Assembly: GCA_043228905.1 (NCBI GenBank) | Contig: JBHGNT010000013.1 | Coordinates: 496,001-560,000 of the forward strand | Source of the DNA: Azolla caroliniana | Taxonomy: Eukaryota; Plantae; Polypodiophyta | DNA length: 64,000 bases | Direction of reading: 5' to 3' | Shown: positions 38,730-50,803 of the stretch, piece by piece | How positions within the stretch are numbered: the stretch's first letter is position 1 | How the letters are laid out: each line of letters starts with the position of its first letter | Notes under the pieces: model-generated | The model's database searches: none | Told to the model about the DNA's origin: nothing | What the model saw: only the letters and a program-made list of their open reading frames with translations | Program-made: the position numbers and the translations under genes

Positions 38730-39110
38730 GATACAATACAAAACGATATGATATGATACAATAGTACAATGCAATACAATATACAATACAATATATATAC
38801 AAATACCCATACATATACAGTTATATGTACATATATGTACATGCAGTAGTACCTTTGGGAGGGGTATTTCTGTAAATATCCAAGTCAAGCTTCCTCTTCT
38901 ATTCTCTTACGATAATACAATACGATACGATACGATACGATACAATGCAATACGATATACAATACAATGCAATGCAATACGATATACAATATATATATAT
39001 ATAAATACGTATACATATACGGTTATATGTACATACATATATGTACATGCAGTAGTACCTTTGGGAGGGGTATTTCTGTAAATATCCAAAAGTCAAGCTT
39101 CCTCTTCTGT
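38730..39110. repeat. Tandem duplication (~190-210 bp unit) just upstream of PPR1
   Basis: 'tatatgtacatgcagtagtacctttgggaggggtatttctgtaaatatcca.gtcaagcttcctcttct' occurs twice, each copy preceded by (ATACA/ATACG)n. Confidence 0.9.
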
Positions 39111-39189
39111 TCTCTTACCTTCTTCTTCTTCCCCTGCTCTGCGCTCTGAGCTCCTCTGCTCCTGCTCCTGCTCCTGCTTTGATTGCTTC

Positions 39190-42100
39190 ATGGAGCTCCT
39201 CCTGCCATCTTCCTCCTCCTCCCCTGTAACCCTAAACCCTCGGACCCCTTCCTCAACCCTTTCTTCCAAGGTCCCCATTCTTCCTTCTCTTTTGGAAGCT
39301 CCCATAGATTCCTCGCTTTGGTTCTGCCGGGAATTCTCTTTCACTATGGCTTCTTTTCTTTTCTCTTCATTTGATTTGTTTTCCTATGCAGCAGGCACGC
39401 TCTTTACATAGCAGAGAAAACCTCGAGCTCTTGTCCCCGGTTCCATCTATCGGAGATTCTCTCAAAGAACTTCTTTCTGTTGGTACAGCAAATGGGAAAG
39501 ATTACAGGCAAGGTTACCTGCTAGTTGTAATCATTTTCTTTCTTTTTCTATCCTCTAAACATCATTTGTTCTGCGTTTGTATGAAGGTCTGGTCCTAGTT
39601 ATGGGACGGTTTCGCTGGAAGAGACACGTGGGACTTTATCATTAACTGATACATTGAAGATGATGAAGCTACAGGCAGAAGAAGAACGAGGGTTCTCTAT
39701 TTCAATGACAACTAGTCAGGTATTTTTCCACCTTCTAGAAAGATGTATCAGCCAGAAAAGCATAGAAAATGCTAGGGCTATTCATTGTCTTATAATCGGC
39801 TTCGGGTTAGATACTGATGCTTTTCTAGTCAGCCACCTTATTCGCATGTTTGCTTTTTTTACGAGGCTACCTGAAGCTAAGCAAGTGTTTAATAAATTGG
39901 CCGAACCTAATGTATTTTCATGGAATGCTATCATTTCAGCCCATGTTAAGCTTGGGCACAATGAGATGGCAATTAACCTTTATCATGAAATGCTAAATTT
40001 GGGCATAAAACCAAATGGACATGTTTTTGTAGAGGTTTTGAAAGCCTTATCATACATGGGAGATCTAGAAGAATGTAAGATAATTCATGGATTTATTGTT
40101 GAAAGTGGAATTGAGTTGGATGTATACATCGCGAACACGCTTATAGATATATATGGGAATTGTAGGAGTAGTCTAGATGATGCTTTTAGGGTCTTTAGCA
40201 GGTTGGAGACGAGAGATATTGTGTCATGGAACACATTAATTATGGCCTGCAGTCGGTATGGGTATGTTCAAGAGGCCTTCTGTCTTTTTAAACGATTGTC
40301 GTTAGACAGATTAGAACCGAACCACATCACATTCTTAAGCATTTTGAAGGGCAAGTCATTGGAAATCGGGCTGAATTCAGGCATGCAGATCCATGCCTAT
40401 GCTATCCAGTATGGTCTGGAAAGTAACAGGCTTGTTGGTAACAGTCTCATTAGCATGTATGTGAACCGCTGCTCTTTTAAGGATGCATGCTTACTTTCTG
40501 AAAAGCTACCAAAGAGGAATCATGTAACGTATAATACATTGATTGCTGGTTGTGCACAATATGGATATGGTGAGGTTACGTTGCAGCTTTTTCAGAGTAT
40601 GATATATGAGGGTATAGAACCAGATTGTTACACATTTGTTAGTTTCCTGAAAGGATGTGTAAAGTTAGGCTTTCTTAATGAGGTTATGTGGGCTTACAGC
40701 TACATAGTTGAAGGTACGTTTGAAGTTGACAACTATATTGCCAGTACCCTTGTCAGTGTTTTGATGAAGCATGGAAAGTTAGACGATGCACAGAGGGTAT
40801 TCGACTTATCAAGGAAGGAAAACATTGTAATCTGGAGTGCTTTGATAGATGGGTATGTACAAAGTGGATGCACTGCAGAGGCTTTTAACTTGTTTGACAA
40901 GATGAAGCACCAGCATGGAATGAATCCCGGTCCAGTGACATATGCGTCACTGTTGAAAGCTTGTCCATGCCTACACCAAAATGGCAAATGGATTCATTCT
41001 CAAATAATTGAAGATGCAATTGAATCAGATCAATTTGTTGCTAGCAGTCTTATTGATATGTATGTTAGATGTGACAATCTTAAGGATGCATGCATAATTT
41101 TTGAAAGGTTGGATCATTGCAATATTGTGGTATGTAGCGCACTTATCATTGGACTTACTAGGCAAGGCCATGGTCATAAAGCTCTTATGTTGTTTGATCA
41201 AATGAGACAACAAAATAACTTGTATATAGATGAAGTTGCATACGTGAACATTATAAATGCATGCTCAGAAGTTTCAGCTCTTGTTAAAGGCCGACAGGCT
41301 CATGCCCACATTATTGAAAATGGGTTATTGTGTGATGCGTTTGTTGGTAGTTCTCTCATTGATATGTATTCAAATTGTGGGAGCTTTGATGATGCATACA
41401 GTGTGTTCAATTTACTCAACACACAGACAACGGTCACATGGAATGCAGCCATTTCCGCATGTGCTCGGCACAACGAGTATAGATTGGCTGAAAAACTTTT
41501 CAAGGATATGGTACAATCAGGATTACAACCAGAAGAAGTCACTTTCATATGCGTTCTTTCAGCATTTAGCAGAGCAGGTCTAGTCGACAAAGGTTGCCAC
41601 TACTTGAGATTGATGATCACGAGTTTTGGCATGTCACCAACCTTGGAACATATGAACTCAATGGTTGACATTCTTTCCCATGCAAAGAAGTGGGAGGAGG
41701 CAGAAGATTTACTTGAAACTATCCCATTTCATTGCAACAGTGTGGGTTGGATGTCTCTGCTCAGTTCCTGTAGAACATACACTACTTTAAGCTTAGGGAA
41801 ACGATGTTTCAGTTATGTTGTTGTAATGGATCCTTCAAAAGCTTCAGGATATGTTCTAATGTCCAACATATATGCACGTTCTGGTATGTTGGAAAATGCA
41901 GAGAAGATAGATGAGCTGAGACTATCTGCAAATGGATGGAAGAAACCAGGAAAGGCATTCATTGAGGTTGACAATCTTGTGCATGATTTCTCGGTAGAAG
42001 AGAGAGATCATCCGCGCAACAACGAAATTCGTGAAAAGCTAAAAGGTTTGAGTGCACAAATGAAGCAGGAAGGTTATAAGCCATGTGTGGAGTTAGTATT

Positions 42101-42347
42101 AGGTCCATTATCTGCAGAAGAGAAGGAGGATGCCTTGAATGGACATTGTGAGAAATTAGCTGTAGCATTTGGGCTAATTAGTACACCGCAAGGCACTACC
42201 ATTAGGATTGCAAAGAACCTTCGTATGTGTGTAGATTGTCACTCAGCAACAAAGGCTATATCAAAGATTGAACTGCGTGAAATAATTATTGCTGATACAC
42301 ACTGTATACATAAATTTAATAATGGAATATGTTCTTGTTGTGATTAA
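39190..42347 (+). CDS. PLS-class PPR protein with DYW:KP-type deaminase-like domain (main exon 39587-42347; predicted transit-peptide exons 39190-39270 and 39412-39512)
   Basis: PLS repeats, E domains, WKKPGKAFIEV, HCEKLAVAFGL, KNLRMCVDCH, ending CSCCD*. The upstream exons splice in frame via GT-AG and give a Ser/Pro-rich N-terminus (upstream exons inferred). Confidence 0.92.
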
Positions 42348-43930
42348 GACTTACTTGCGTACAAACAAAAAAAAAAGCCAACCGATACGCCTAGTACAAG
42401 AACATTTGCCTAAATAGACACTATTCCCTATGCATGCTGCAGCAGGCTCCTAGCATTTAAGCTGTCCCGACCAGGGAAAATTCTGAAGGATATATGTGGT
42501 TCGTAAATTGATTCAACAAAGATTGTTACTCTATAAAGAGGGGGGGGACAAAGCCCATTTCCCACAGGTTACCATCATTTTTTTATTTTAATAAAGGAAC
42601 AGCTAATGCGTTTTAGATAATGGTACAAAATCCCTACTTGCATTGTATATATACTGCTGTGGATAGAAAGAATAGTGTCGCAGCAAAATGCAGCCTAAGA
42701 TAACTGTCATAAAAGTCAGAAAACAATAAGAGCAAAATTCGTAGAGGAAGCCACATCTATGTACAAGAGTGTGCTCTCAGCTTCCATCAGTTTTAATGGA
42801 AATAAGAGTTATTTTCTCCCCTCCCCACTCACACATGGAACTTTTAACCGAGAACACCAGTAATGTTGATTGTCCACTCGCCTATGACATGAAGACAGAT
42901 TTCCTCAGAGGTCCATAAACTTCTGTGATTGATGTTGGGTTTTGGATCAAATTAGAACTCTTCAACAAGGTTCTTGGTGATTCTATTAGTATTTCCATGT
43001 GCATCCTTAAAGTGGATTGTAATGACTGTAGTGTATGAGGGTTTGGTTCAATATAACATGTAAGTATTTTTGTGAACTTCTTTCTCCATGTGACACAGTC
43101 ACTGTATGTCACAATGTGCATCCGTATTATTGTCTCTAAGTCTTCAATTTTCCCCCAAGACAGTGTTTAACATAATCTTACTGTGTTCGATAAATACATT
43201 TAAATCACACAGCAAAGTGACTTGAATCAAAAGATTGTTAAACTGGAAGGTTCATAAATTCTATGACAACTGAGGAAATGCAAATTTGCCTGTTAAGTCT
43301 GACAAAAAACATCATGTTTGCATTATAGAAGTATCCATTAACTTTCTGGATTCATGAACCTGTGTTATCGAGAGCAACCTGTGTCTTTCAGAGCGCACAT
43401 GAATCTCTATAAATTCCTCCACGATGATGATACAAGTGAGGTTATACATCAACAATAGAGACCATGAAGGTCTTCATGCACATTACCAGACCTCAAAGTT
43501 CTACATCACTGCAACAGAAAATTCCATTTAACATGTGCATATTTCATGCAATGTCGTGACTATCTCTTTATGCCATATGTTTATTGAGGACTCCTTTTGA
43601 AATACAATCCACACAACAAGAGATTCAGATTGGGTTATGAATTGTACAAGGGTTCGGATTGTGCAATACAGGGTTGTTTAATTGAACAAGGAGTATACAG
43701 TGTTGTCAAAAATAAGATTTGAAGTAGATTAAGGCTCTATTTTGTGTGAATGTGAACCTTAAAGATCAAATTTGTACTTCTCTCTTGTTCTGAAGATTTA
43801 TTGATATTACAAAATAAATATGAATGAATAATAAAATCAATAAGCTCTCTGCAACTCTAGAAATCACCATAGTTGCTCCTAACTGGAAAAGGCTCTTGCT
43901 ACATACAGGTGAACTATTTCCACTGGACAA

Positions 43931-46192
43931 TTAGTTGAAGCAACATTGCATGTCATTATCACAAGCTAGTGTCTGTGCCAATTCTAAAGAAGGCATATAT
44001 CCTTCCTCTTGCATTTGTATACTTAGATTTTTCAATTTTCCAACATTACGATGGTTTTGTTCTCCAACAAGAAAACTATGCACCTTATTTTCAATCATAA
44101 TGAAGGCATTTCCAGGCTTATTCCACGCATTACCACAGTATCTCAGTTGTTCCACAATCTCTGCATCATTCGGTCTACCAGCATTAGCAAAGATATTTGA
44201 CATGAGTATATAGCCTTTAGAGTTTTTGGGATCCAGAACAACTACACGATGGAAACACCGCAATCCGACTTCTATATTGCTATGTGCTCTACAGTGACTT
44301 AGCAGTGATGTCCACCCAATAATGTTTGATCCTGATTCACCAGCTTTTAGCACATCTTCAGCTTCCTCAACATCCCCTACACGACCAAGAAGGTCAGCTA
44401 TACAGTTACAATGATCAATAGTAGGTTCCAAACCATGGTGTTCCCTCATTGACTTAAAAATATCATAGCCTCTAACCACAAGGCCCTGATTACTACAGCC
44501 AGAGAGGAGGCTCAGAAAAGTCACATTGTCTGGTTCCATGTTTGCATGCTGCATTTCTTCATATTTTCTCCAAGCAAGTTCATAGCTATTACATTGAAAA
44601 CAACCTGCAATCATAGCATTCCATGTGATGGTATCCTGCTTTGGCATTGTAGAGAAAACCTTACATGCATCCTCAAGACTCCAACAATTTGAATACATAT
44701 CAATTAGGGTGTTGTTTAAACCTATGTCAACTTCAAAACTGTTCTCAACAATGTTTGCATGAACTAGCTTTCCATCTTGTAAAGATCTCAAACTACCGCA
44801 TGCTTTGAGAATGCCTATAAACACTATGTTATCTGGTCGTATCCCCTGTTTTATCATTTCACTAAATAAAACAAGACCAATGTGTTCTTGCTCAAACTTG
44901 TTATGACCTAAAATCATGGTTGTCCAAGTGATCACATCTCGTTTCGATATACTATCAAAAACTTTGCATGCATCTTCTAGGCAAGCTGAATTAGTGTACA
45001 AATCAATCAGTGCATTGCCAATGGAGACATCTAGTTCAAGCCCCATTTCAATGACCAAACCATGAATCAACTTTCCATGTGCACCTGTTCCTATGCTAGA
45101 ACACGCTTTTAAACAACTCAAACATGTAACTCGATCCACCTCTACATCTGATTGTTGCATTTTATTGAATAAGTTGAGAGCCTCTGTAACACAGCCATGC
45201 TGCACATATCCTCCAATCATAGCACTCCAAGTCACCACATCTCGAGTACATGATCCTTCAAAAACCTTCCATGAATGTACGAGGTCTCCAACTTTCGCAT
45301 ACACGTCGATCAAAGTGTTGATGACACATACATCTGATTGCAAACTAGACTCGATGATCTGCACATGTATTACTTTGAGAACTTGTTCAAATCTCTCTAT
45401 ATTTGCACACGCTGCTTTCAAAATATTAATGAAAGTGACTAGGTCTGGCATTGTTCCTTCGAATTGCATTTGCTTATAGAAAGAAAGAGCTTCCCACGAA
45501 GACCCACATTGTGCATATGCCATGATCATCGTACTCCAAAGTACCACATTCCGATCAGGCATCATATGGAAGATGCAAAGACCATCTTCTATATTTCCAT
45601 TTCTTGTATACATATCAGTAAGAGCACTGTTAACGAACAAGTTCATTTCATGTCCAGTTTCTATAATATGGGCATGAATTAAATGGCCATAGCTATTGCT
45701 TACTTTGCTAGCTACACAAGCTTTAAGGGCTGCAACAAAAGCATGCCCATCTGGTTGGACATTCAATTCGTGCATTTGATGAAAGCAATGGAAAACTTGC
45801 TCAATGTTACCATGCTTTGAATGAGCCGAAAGAAGCGAAGTCCATACGAATACATCAGTTTGAGTAAGATCAAAAACAACTTTAAGAGCATCAGATAGGT
45901 TCCCGCACGAATCATACATTCGGATGAGGTGATTGCCCAAAAAGGGGGTCTTATGCAACCCGCTATTCCGAAGGAGGCCATGAACTTCTCTGCCAATGTC
46001 CAAGTCTTTCTTGTGGGCACAGCCCACAAGAAGATGATAAAAGAAGCTGGTTGGGACCAGTTTCCCCTGCTCAGCCATGCGAGACACAACTTGGAGAGCT
46101 GTGCCAATCTCTCCATGTCTGCATAGAGTTATGAAGCTCTGCTTCGTAATGGGCAGAAGTGGATCAACCCCACCCACCAGTGCAGATGGCAT
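43931..46192 (-). CDS. PLS-class PPR protein, E/E+ with KP box and truncated DYW domain
   Basis: 753 aa ORF of PLS repeats; AWNKPGNAFIMIENKVHSF...EEGYMP, then a stop before the HxE motif. An upstream exon may exist (acceptor near 46213). Confidence 0.92.
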   Translation of the reverse strand: MPSALVGGVDPLLPITKQSFITLCRHGEIGTALQVVSRMAEQGKLVPTSFFYHLLVGCAHKKDLDIGREVHGLLRNSGLHKTPFLGNHLIRMYDSCGNLSDALKVVFDLTQTDVFVWTSLLSAHSKHGNIEQVFHCFHQMHELNVQPDGHAFVAALKACVASKVSNSYGHLIHAHIIETGHEMNLFVNSALTDMYTRNGNIEDGLCIFHMMPDRNVVLWSTMIMAYAQCGSSWEALSFYKQMQFEGTMPDLVTFINILKAACANIERFEQVLKVIHVQIIESSLQSDVCVINTLIDVYAKVGDLVHSWKVFEGSCTRDVVTWSAMIGGYVQHGCVTEALNLFNKMQQSDVEVDRVTCLSCLKACSSIGTGAHGKLIHGLVIEMGLELDVSIGNALIDLYTNSACLEDACKVFDSISKRDVITWTTMILGHNKFEQEHIGLVLFSEMIKQGIRPDNIVFIGILKACGSLRSLQDGKLVHANIVENSFEVDIGLNNTLIDMYSNCWSLEDACKVFSTMPKQDTITWNAMIAGCFQCNSYELAWRKYEEMQHANMEPDNVTFLSLLSGCSNQGLVVRGYDIFKSMREHHGLEPTIDHCNCIADLLGRVGDVEEAEDVLKAGESGSNIIGWTSLLSHCRAHSNIEVGLRCFHRVVVLDPKNSKGYILMSNIFANAGRPNDAEIVEQLRYCGNAWNKPGNAFIMIENKVHSFLVGEQNHRNVGKLKNLSIQMQEEGYMPSLELAQTLACDNDMQCCFN

Positions 46193-46440
46193 GCTTTTAC
46201 AACAACAAACATCTGCTCAACAAGAAACACCAGTAGTTGAGATTGAGGGTATTGTACATACCCCAAGAGAGGAGGATTTCCAATGGGAGTCTGGTCTGCA
46301 TACAGGCAAAGGCAAGCAAACAAGGGCAGAGCAGAATCGCCATTCTCTTCCGATGGAGCCTTACATTCACATCTATGCATGCATATACATACATAAAAGA
46401 GGTAGGTATGTAGTTGAATGAGATGCCAACTCCCAAGGCC

Positions 46441-46506
46441 CAAGGGCTAGATTTGAACTCAAGCTCATCAAAGACAAAGAAGCTTATGCAAATTGAGCTT
46501 TCTCTC
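46441..46506 (-). mobile_element. Possible tRNA-derived SINE head
   Basis: Reverse complement: gagaga-aagctcaatttg (A-box-like) ... gagttcaaatc (B box). Confidence 0.3.
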
Positions 46507-46689
46507 GTTTGAAGGGATCGAATCGAAATGTGTGTACAAGTGAAACGACTAGAATCGAGGAGCCGATTGAGATTGCAATTGAGATTGAGTTAAAGCGATC
46601 GAATCACCCCGTATGTCCTGTTTGGAGAGCATTATGTGGTACTCAAACTTTCCTTATATCGTTTGAGGACTTAGAAACATGCATGGGCT

Positions 46690-47700
46690 TAACTAACTCG
46701 GGACTACACAACATGGGTGGTATGGAAAACATTTATCTCAACTTTCCTCTTAGAAACATGGAGGACCTTAACTGACTCCGGGCCAAACAACATGGGTGGT
46801 ATCAGAACGAGAGTGTCTCCACACCACTTGGTTAGCTACACTGACATGGGCTCATGGCCAAATTACAATGGCCTTACATGATTCCCTCTAGGAGGCAACA
46901 AGGAGCACGGTTTATATATCTTCAAGAAAGGGGGGAGCCCCTCCTAAACCAATAGAATTCTTTGGGGAAGGGGAATCGATGATCCGCAACTATAGAATTC
47001 TTATGTGGAAAGCTTGGATCGTGTCCTGCACCACAACCATTAGATGCTCGCTGTACATCCTCCCCAATTGAATTGTAGGGCAATGTTTGGTAGGTTCCCA
47101 TTATGAACCACAATATGAGGTACTCCCATCTTAGTCCATGTGTTGGACATACAGTCCTTAAGGAAAACTCTTAGAATTGGTTGAATGCTGCTATTGGTGA
47201 CCATGTATGGCCAAAAATGTCCTAGACAACGTGTCTCGATGCATTTGTTGTTAGACCTCTTAAGTATGAGAGGGTTGCAATCTTTGGCCATCCTAGATAG
47301 GAAACAACGAAACGTGTCTGATGACTTTGTTATGGGTTTGTCTTGTACCTTAACGTCAACACAATACAATGTTAGTTATAGTTGACCGGTTGACTAAAAT
47401 GGCACACTATATTCCAACTACAAATAAAGCGTTTGGTACGTAGATCGAGGTACTCATTTCACAAGGACTCGTTTATTTGCAAGACTAGGCACCAAAACTA
47501 ACGTTTAGTAGTGTATTTCATCTTAAGATTAATGATTAGACAAAAAAGAGTTAACCAAGCCTTGAATGGTAAGCCAAGGGCATATTTGTTTGTTTTTTGG
47601 ATTGACTAAGAGACGATGAGAATGTATCCTTGCATTTTTAGCTAACATAGATCCTTAATGTTATAAATGGTGGGTTGTTGCAAGAGAGAGTTTCACAACA
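46690..47700 (+). mobile_element. Degenerate Ty3/Gypsy relic (PBS-like site and integrase fragment)
   Basis: tggtatcaga at 46797; DFVMGL near 47322 and VDRLTKMAHYIP near 47381. Confidence 0.65.
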
Positions 47701-49229
47701 ATGACTCCCATGACCACACAAATTGAATCCTTATTTTAGCACATGTTTCATGCTACAGAGAATAGCAATGTGTGGCGAAAGTTGCGACCATCGTAAACAT
47801 GTGGAACCTATTCACGCTTGTCTCACAACACGAGGAGTGGGAGTGCAAAAAGAAGCATGGAATACAAAATTAACAATGACAATGTGAACCAACCTAATGA
47901 GTTTGATGAGGGTAGTTAGGCCTCATATTTATACTTCTTCCTAGGCCCTTTGAACAGATATGCTTTTCTAACTGTCTTTCCATTCATTGGTTGTGAAGAT
48001 CATGATAGTGCATGCACATATAATTCCTTCTATCCAATCACATTAGTCCTTTTCTGACATTAGTGAACATACCAAGACAAGGCCTAGGGTTTCCATTTTA
48101 TTTTCCCCGAATGCCCCCACTTGATCAACCATGCATGCCCCTCTCGGAAGAGAGGAGCCCCCCCCCCCCCCCGTTCTCATTACTTCCCTGAATGAATACC
48201 CATTCATGATCAACGGTCCCTAGAGACATGTAGACATACATACATACATATGAATCGGTCAGGCAAGCGAGATTGACTCCAGGCATCTCATCTCATGGAA
48301 AGAAAAGAGTTGTGTGTGCGTGCGTGTGTGTGTGTGTGTGTAGGAATCGGCAAAGGCTCGGCTCAAGCCTAAACCGAACCGTTCAATCGTTATTAGACGG
48401 TTTGGCAGTTCGGTTTGGTTCGGTTTAGGCTTGGGCACTCTCTCCATCTACACTCACCCAGGCTTTTCTTATTTTTTTTCTGCATAAGAAAACGTTTGAA
48501 ATGCGAGGAGTCGTGATTCCTCAATCTCCTGAATATGTTGTGTACATCTGTTCCCCGCCCCACCCCTCTCAAATTCTGCACCAGACCCAATCTTCAGGTG
48601 AGAGATCTCTCTGTCTCCTTCTCCTTTAACGTCGGAAGAAGAATAGATTGTATATCTGTTGCTTTACATTGGACAATCACACCAAGCGCAATCAATCTGC
48701 TCAGCCCAGAATCCAACCGCATTCTCATGATAATGGCTTCCAAAAGGATCCCATTTGAAAAACAATTTGTTTGAACGCATTCCCAGTTCTGATTATGTAG
48801 ATGCTATCATATGGGCTTTTCCATGGTTGTTATGTGAGTCTTCTTGATGATCATTTTATGACATGGAATGAATTATCTCTTTTCATGCATTCCCAGAAAT
48901 CATTTCATTAACTCATCGCATTTATTCCTGATGAGTAACCATCCAGGGATGGCTTAGAAATATGTGTGTGTGTGGTATGGCTTCAAATCATTGGTAGATA
49001 TGGTATGCCATTCCCTCACAGTATATAAATCATTATACGGATTCGTTTATTTAACATGTGGAGAGAGAGAGAGAGAGGTACATACATACCTTTAGGGTTT
49101 AGGAATAATCCAACTATTAGATGAATGTTTTGCAATTTTAAAGACCTAAATGTTTTCCAACATTCCATTCAGAGATCCTTTATTAATATTCACATTTAAA
49201 AGTAAAAGAAGAAGAAGAAGGAATCAAAG

Positions 49230-50803
49230 ATGGGTTCAAGAGTGGGAAAGCAGCAAAAGTGCAAGGGACCATCAGGAATTGAGTACAAAATGGTGAAAGC
49301 AATGAAGGACCGTGGAGCGGCAGCCAAGAGCTCCATCAAATCATTCAATAGCATCATCATGAAGTTCTCAAAGATCGATGCCACATTTGAGAAAGTCAGA
49401 TTCACATTCAAGCGTTTTGGTAATGTTCCATCATCTTCACTCTTCGCCGATGGATATTTATCATGGTGTATGATATTCTTCGTCGCTAAATTATAACTGT
49501 AAGTAAGCTTCCAGTGTTAAGATATGCTGGTTATGGGTCTTCATAGAAGTTTTTGCATGGAGGGAATTTGTTGTGATGGATCACAACAACTTGGATTATG
49601 GGCCTTCGTGCATTAACCTAATGATAGGTCTTCATAGAAGATTTTGCATGGAGGGAAATTGTTGTGATGGATCTTCATGCATTAACCTAATGATAGGTCT
49701 TCATAGAACATTTTGCATGGAGGGAATAATTGTTTTATGATGGGTCTTCATGTAAGATTATTTTGCAAAATAAGGAATCTTTCACTTATATGTTTGGGCA
49801 GTCCATAATGTGATTTGCATTGAATGTTCTCAGACAAGGATGGTAGTGGGACCATTGATCTGAACGAGCTGAAGGAGTGCTTTAGGCAACTGCAAGTCTC
49901 ATTTTCAGATGAAGAGGTCAAAGCTTTTCATGAGGAAAGTGATATGGACTCGAGCAAAGGAGTGGATTTCAAGGAATTCATCATTGTGTTGGCGCTTGTT
50001 TACCTTCTTGGAACATCAAACGAAGGCTCCTCGGTATCAATCTCTACACTTCTGGAATCAGACTCTATGCAATTCCATGCATATGAATATAGGAAACTTG
50101 GTGTTCTTCCATTAAATTGTAATGGCGTTTTGGGTTACAATTGAATCCAAGTTGGATCTATCGATGGTTGAATTGGCCATGTGAAATTACCATAGGTTTC
50201 TCGGGGTATGTACCCGAGGAACCAAACGGAGAAATGTCAAAAAGCGAGCAATGATAACATATAGATGGAGAAATTAAAGCTAACCTTGAGTTTGTGCTAA
50301 ATGGCGATACACTAATGACATTCATTATTTCACTAATGACATTCATTATTTCATACGCACTTGGATTTTTTTAATTGGTCCTCATCATGAAAGATGCAAA
50401 TAATTCCTTGATTGTGTCTTATCCTAGAAATCAAGAATTGGCTTGCCAGAGTTGGAAGCCACATTTGATACCATAGTCGATGCGTACCTCTTTTTTGACA
50501 AGGACAAAGATGGCTACGTGAGCAAAGCCGAAATTATCTCAGCTATCGATGAATCCTCATCAGGGAAGAAGGGCAATGATCAAATTGGGATCAAACGATT
50601 TGGTTTGTCTCCTTTTCGCTGAATGATATTCATTCAATGAGGTTCAATCTTTCAATATAAACTACTAACTGCCTGCATGTTGATCTTTTTGTCATGCAGA
50701 AGAAATGGACTGGGATAAGGATGGTAAAATTACCTTCAAAGAGTTTTTGTTCGCATTCACAAACTGGGTGGGTGTCAAAGATAACGAAGATGAGGATGAA
50801 TGA
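49230..50803 (+). CDS. CML21: Calmodulin-like EF-hand calcium-binding protein (CML21/22-like), exons ~49230-49419, 49834-50033, 50428-50602, 50700-50803
   Basis: KSFNSIIMKF, DKDGSGTIDLNELK, DMDSSKGVDFKEF, DKDKDGYVSKAE, EEMDWDKDGKITFKEFLFAFTNWVG. Confidence 0.92.
49535..49755. repeat. Three imperfect ~70-90 bp tandem repeats in a CML intron
   Basis: 'ggtcttcatagaa..ttttgcatggagggaa' occurs three times. Confidence 0.85.
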
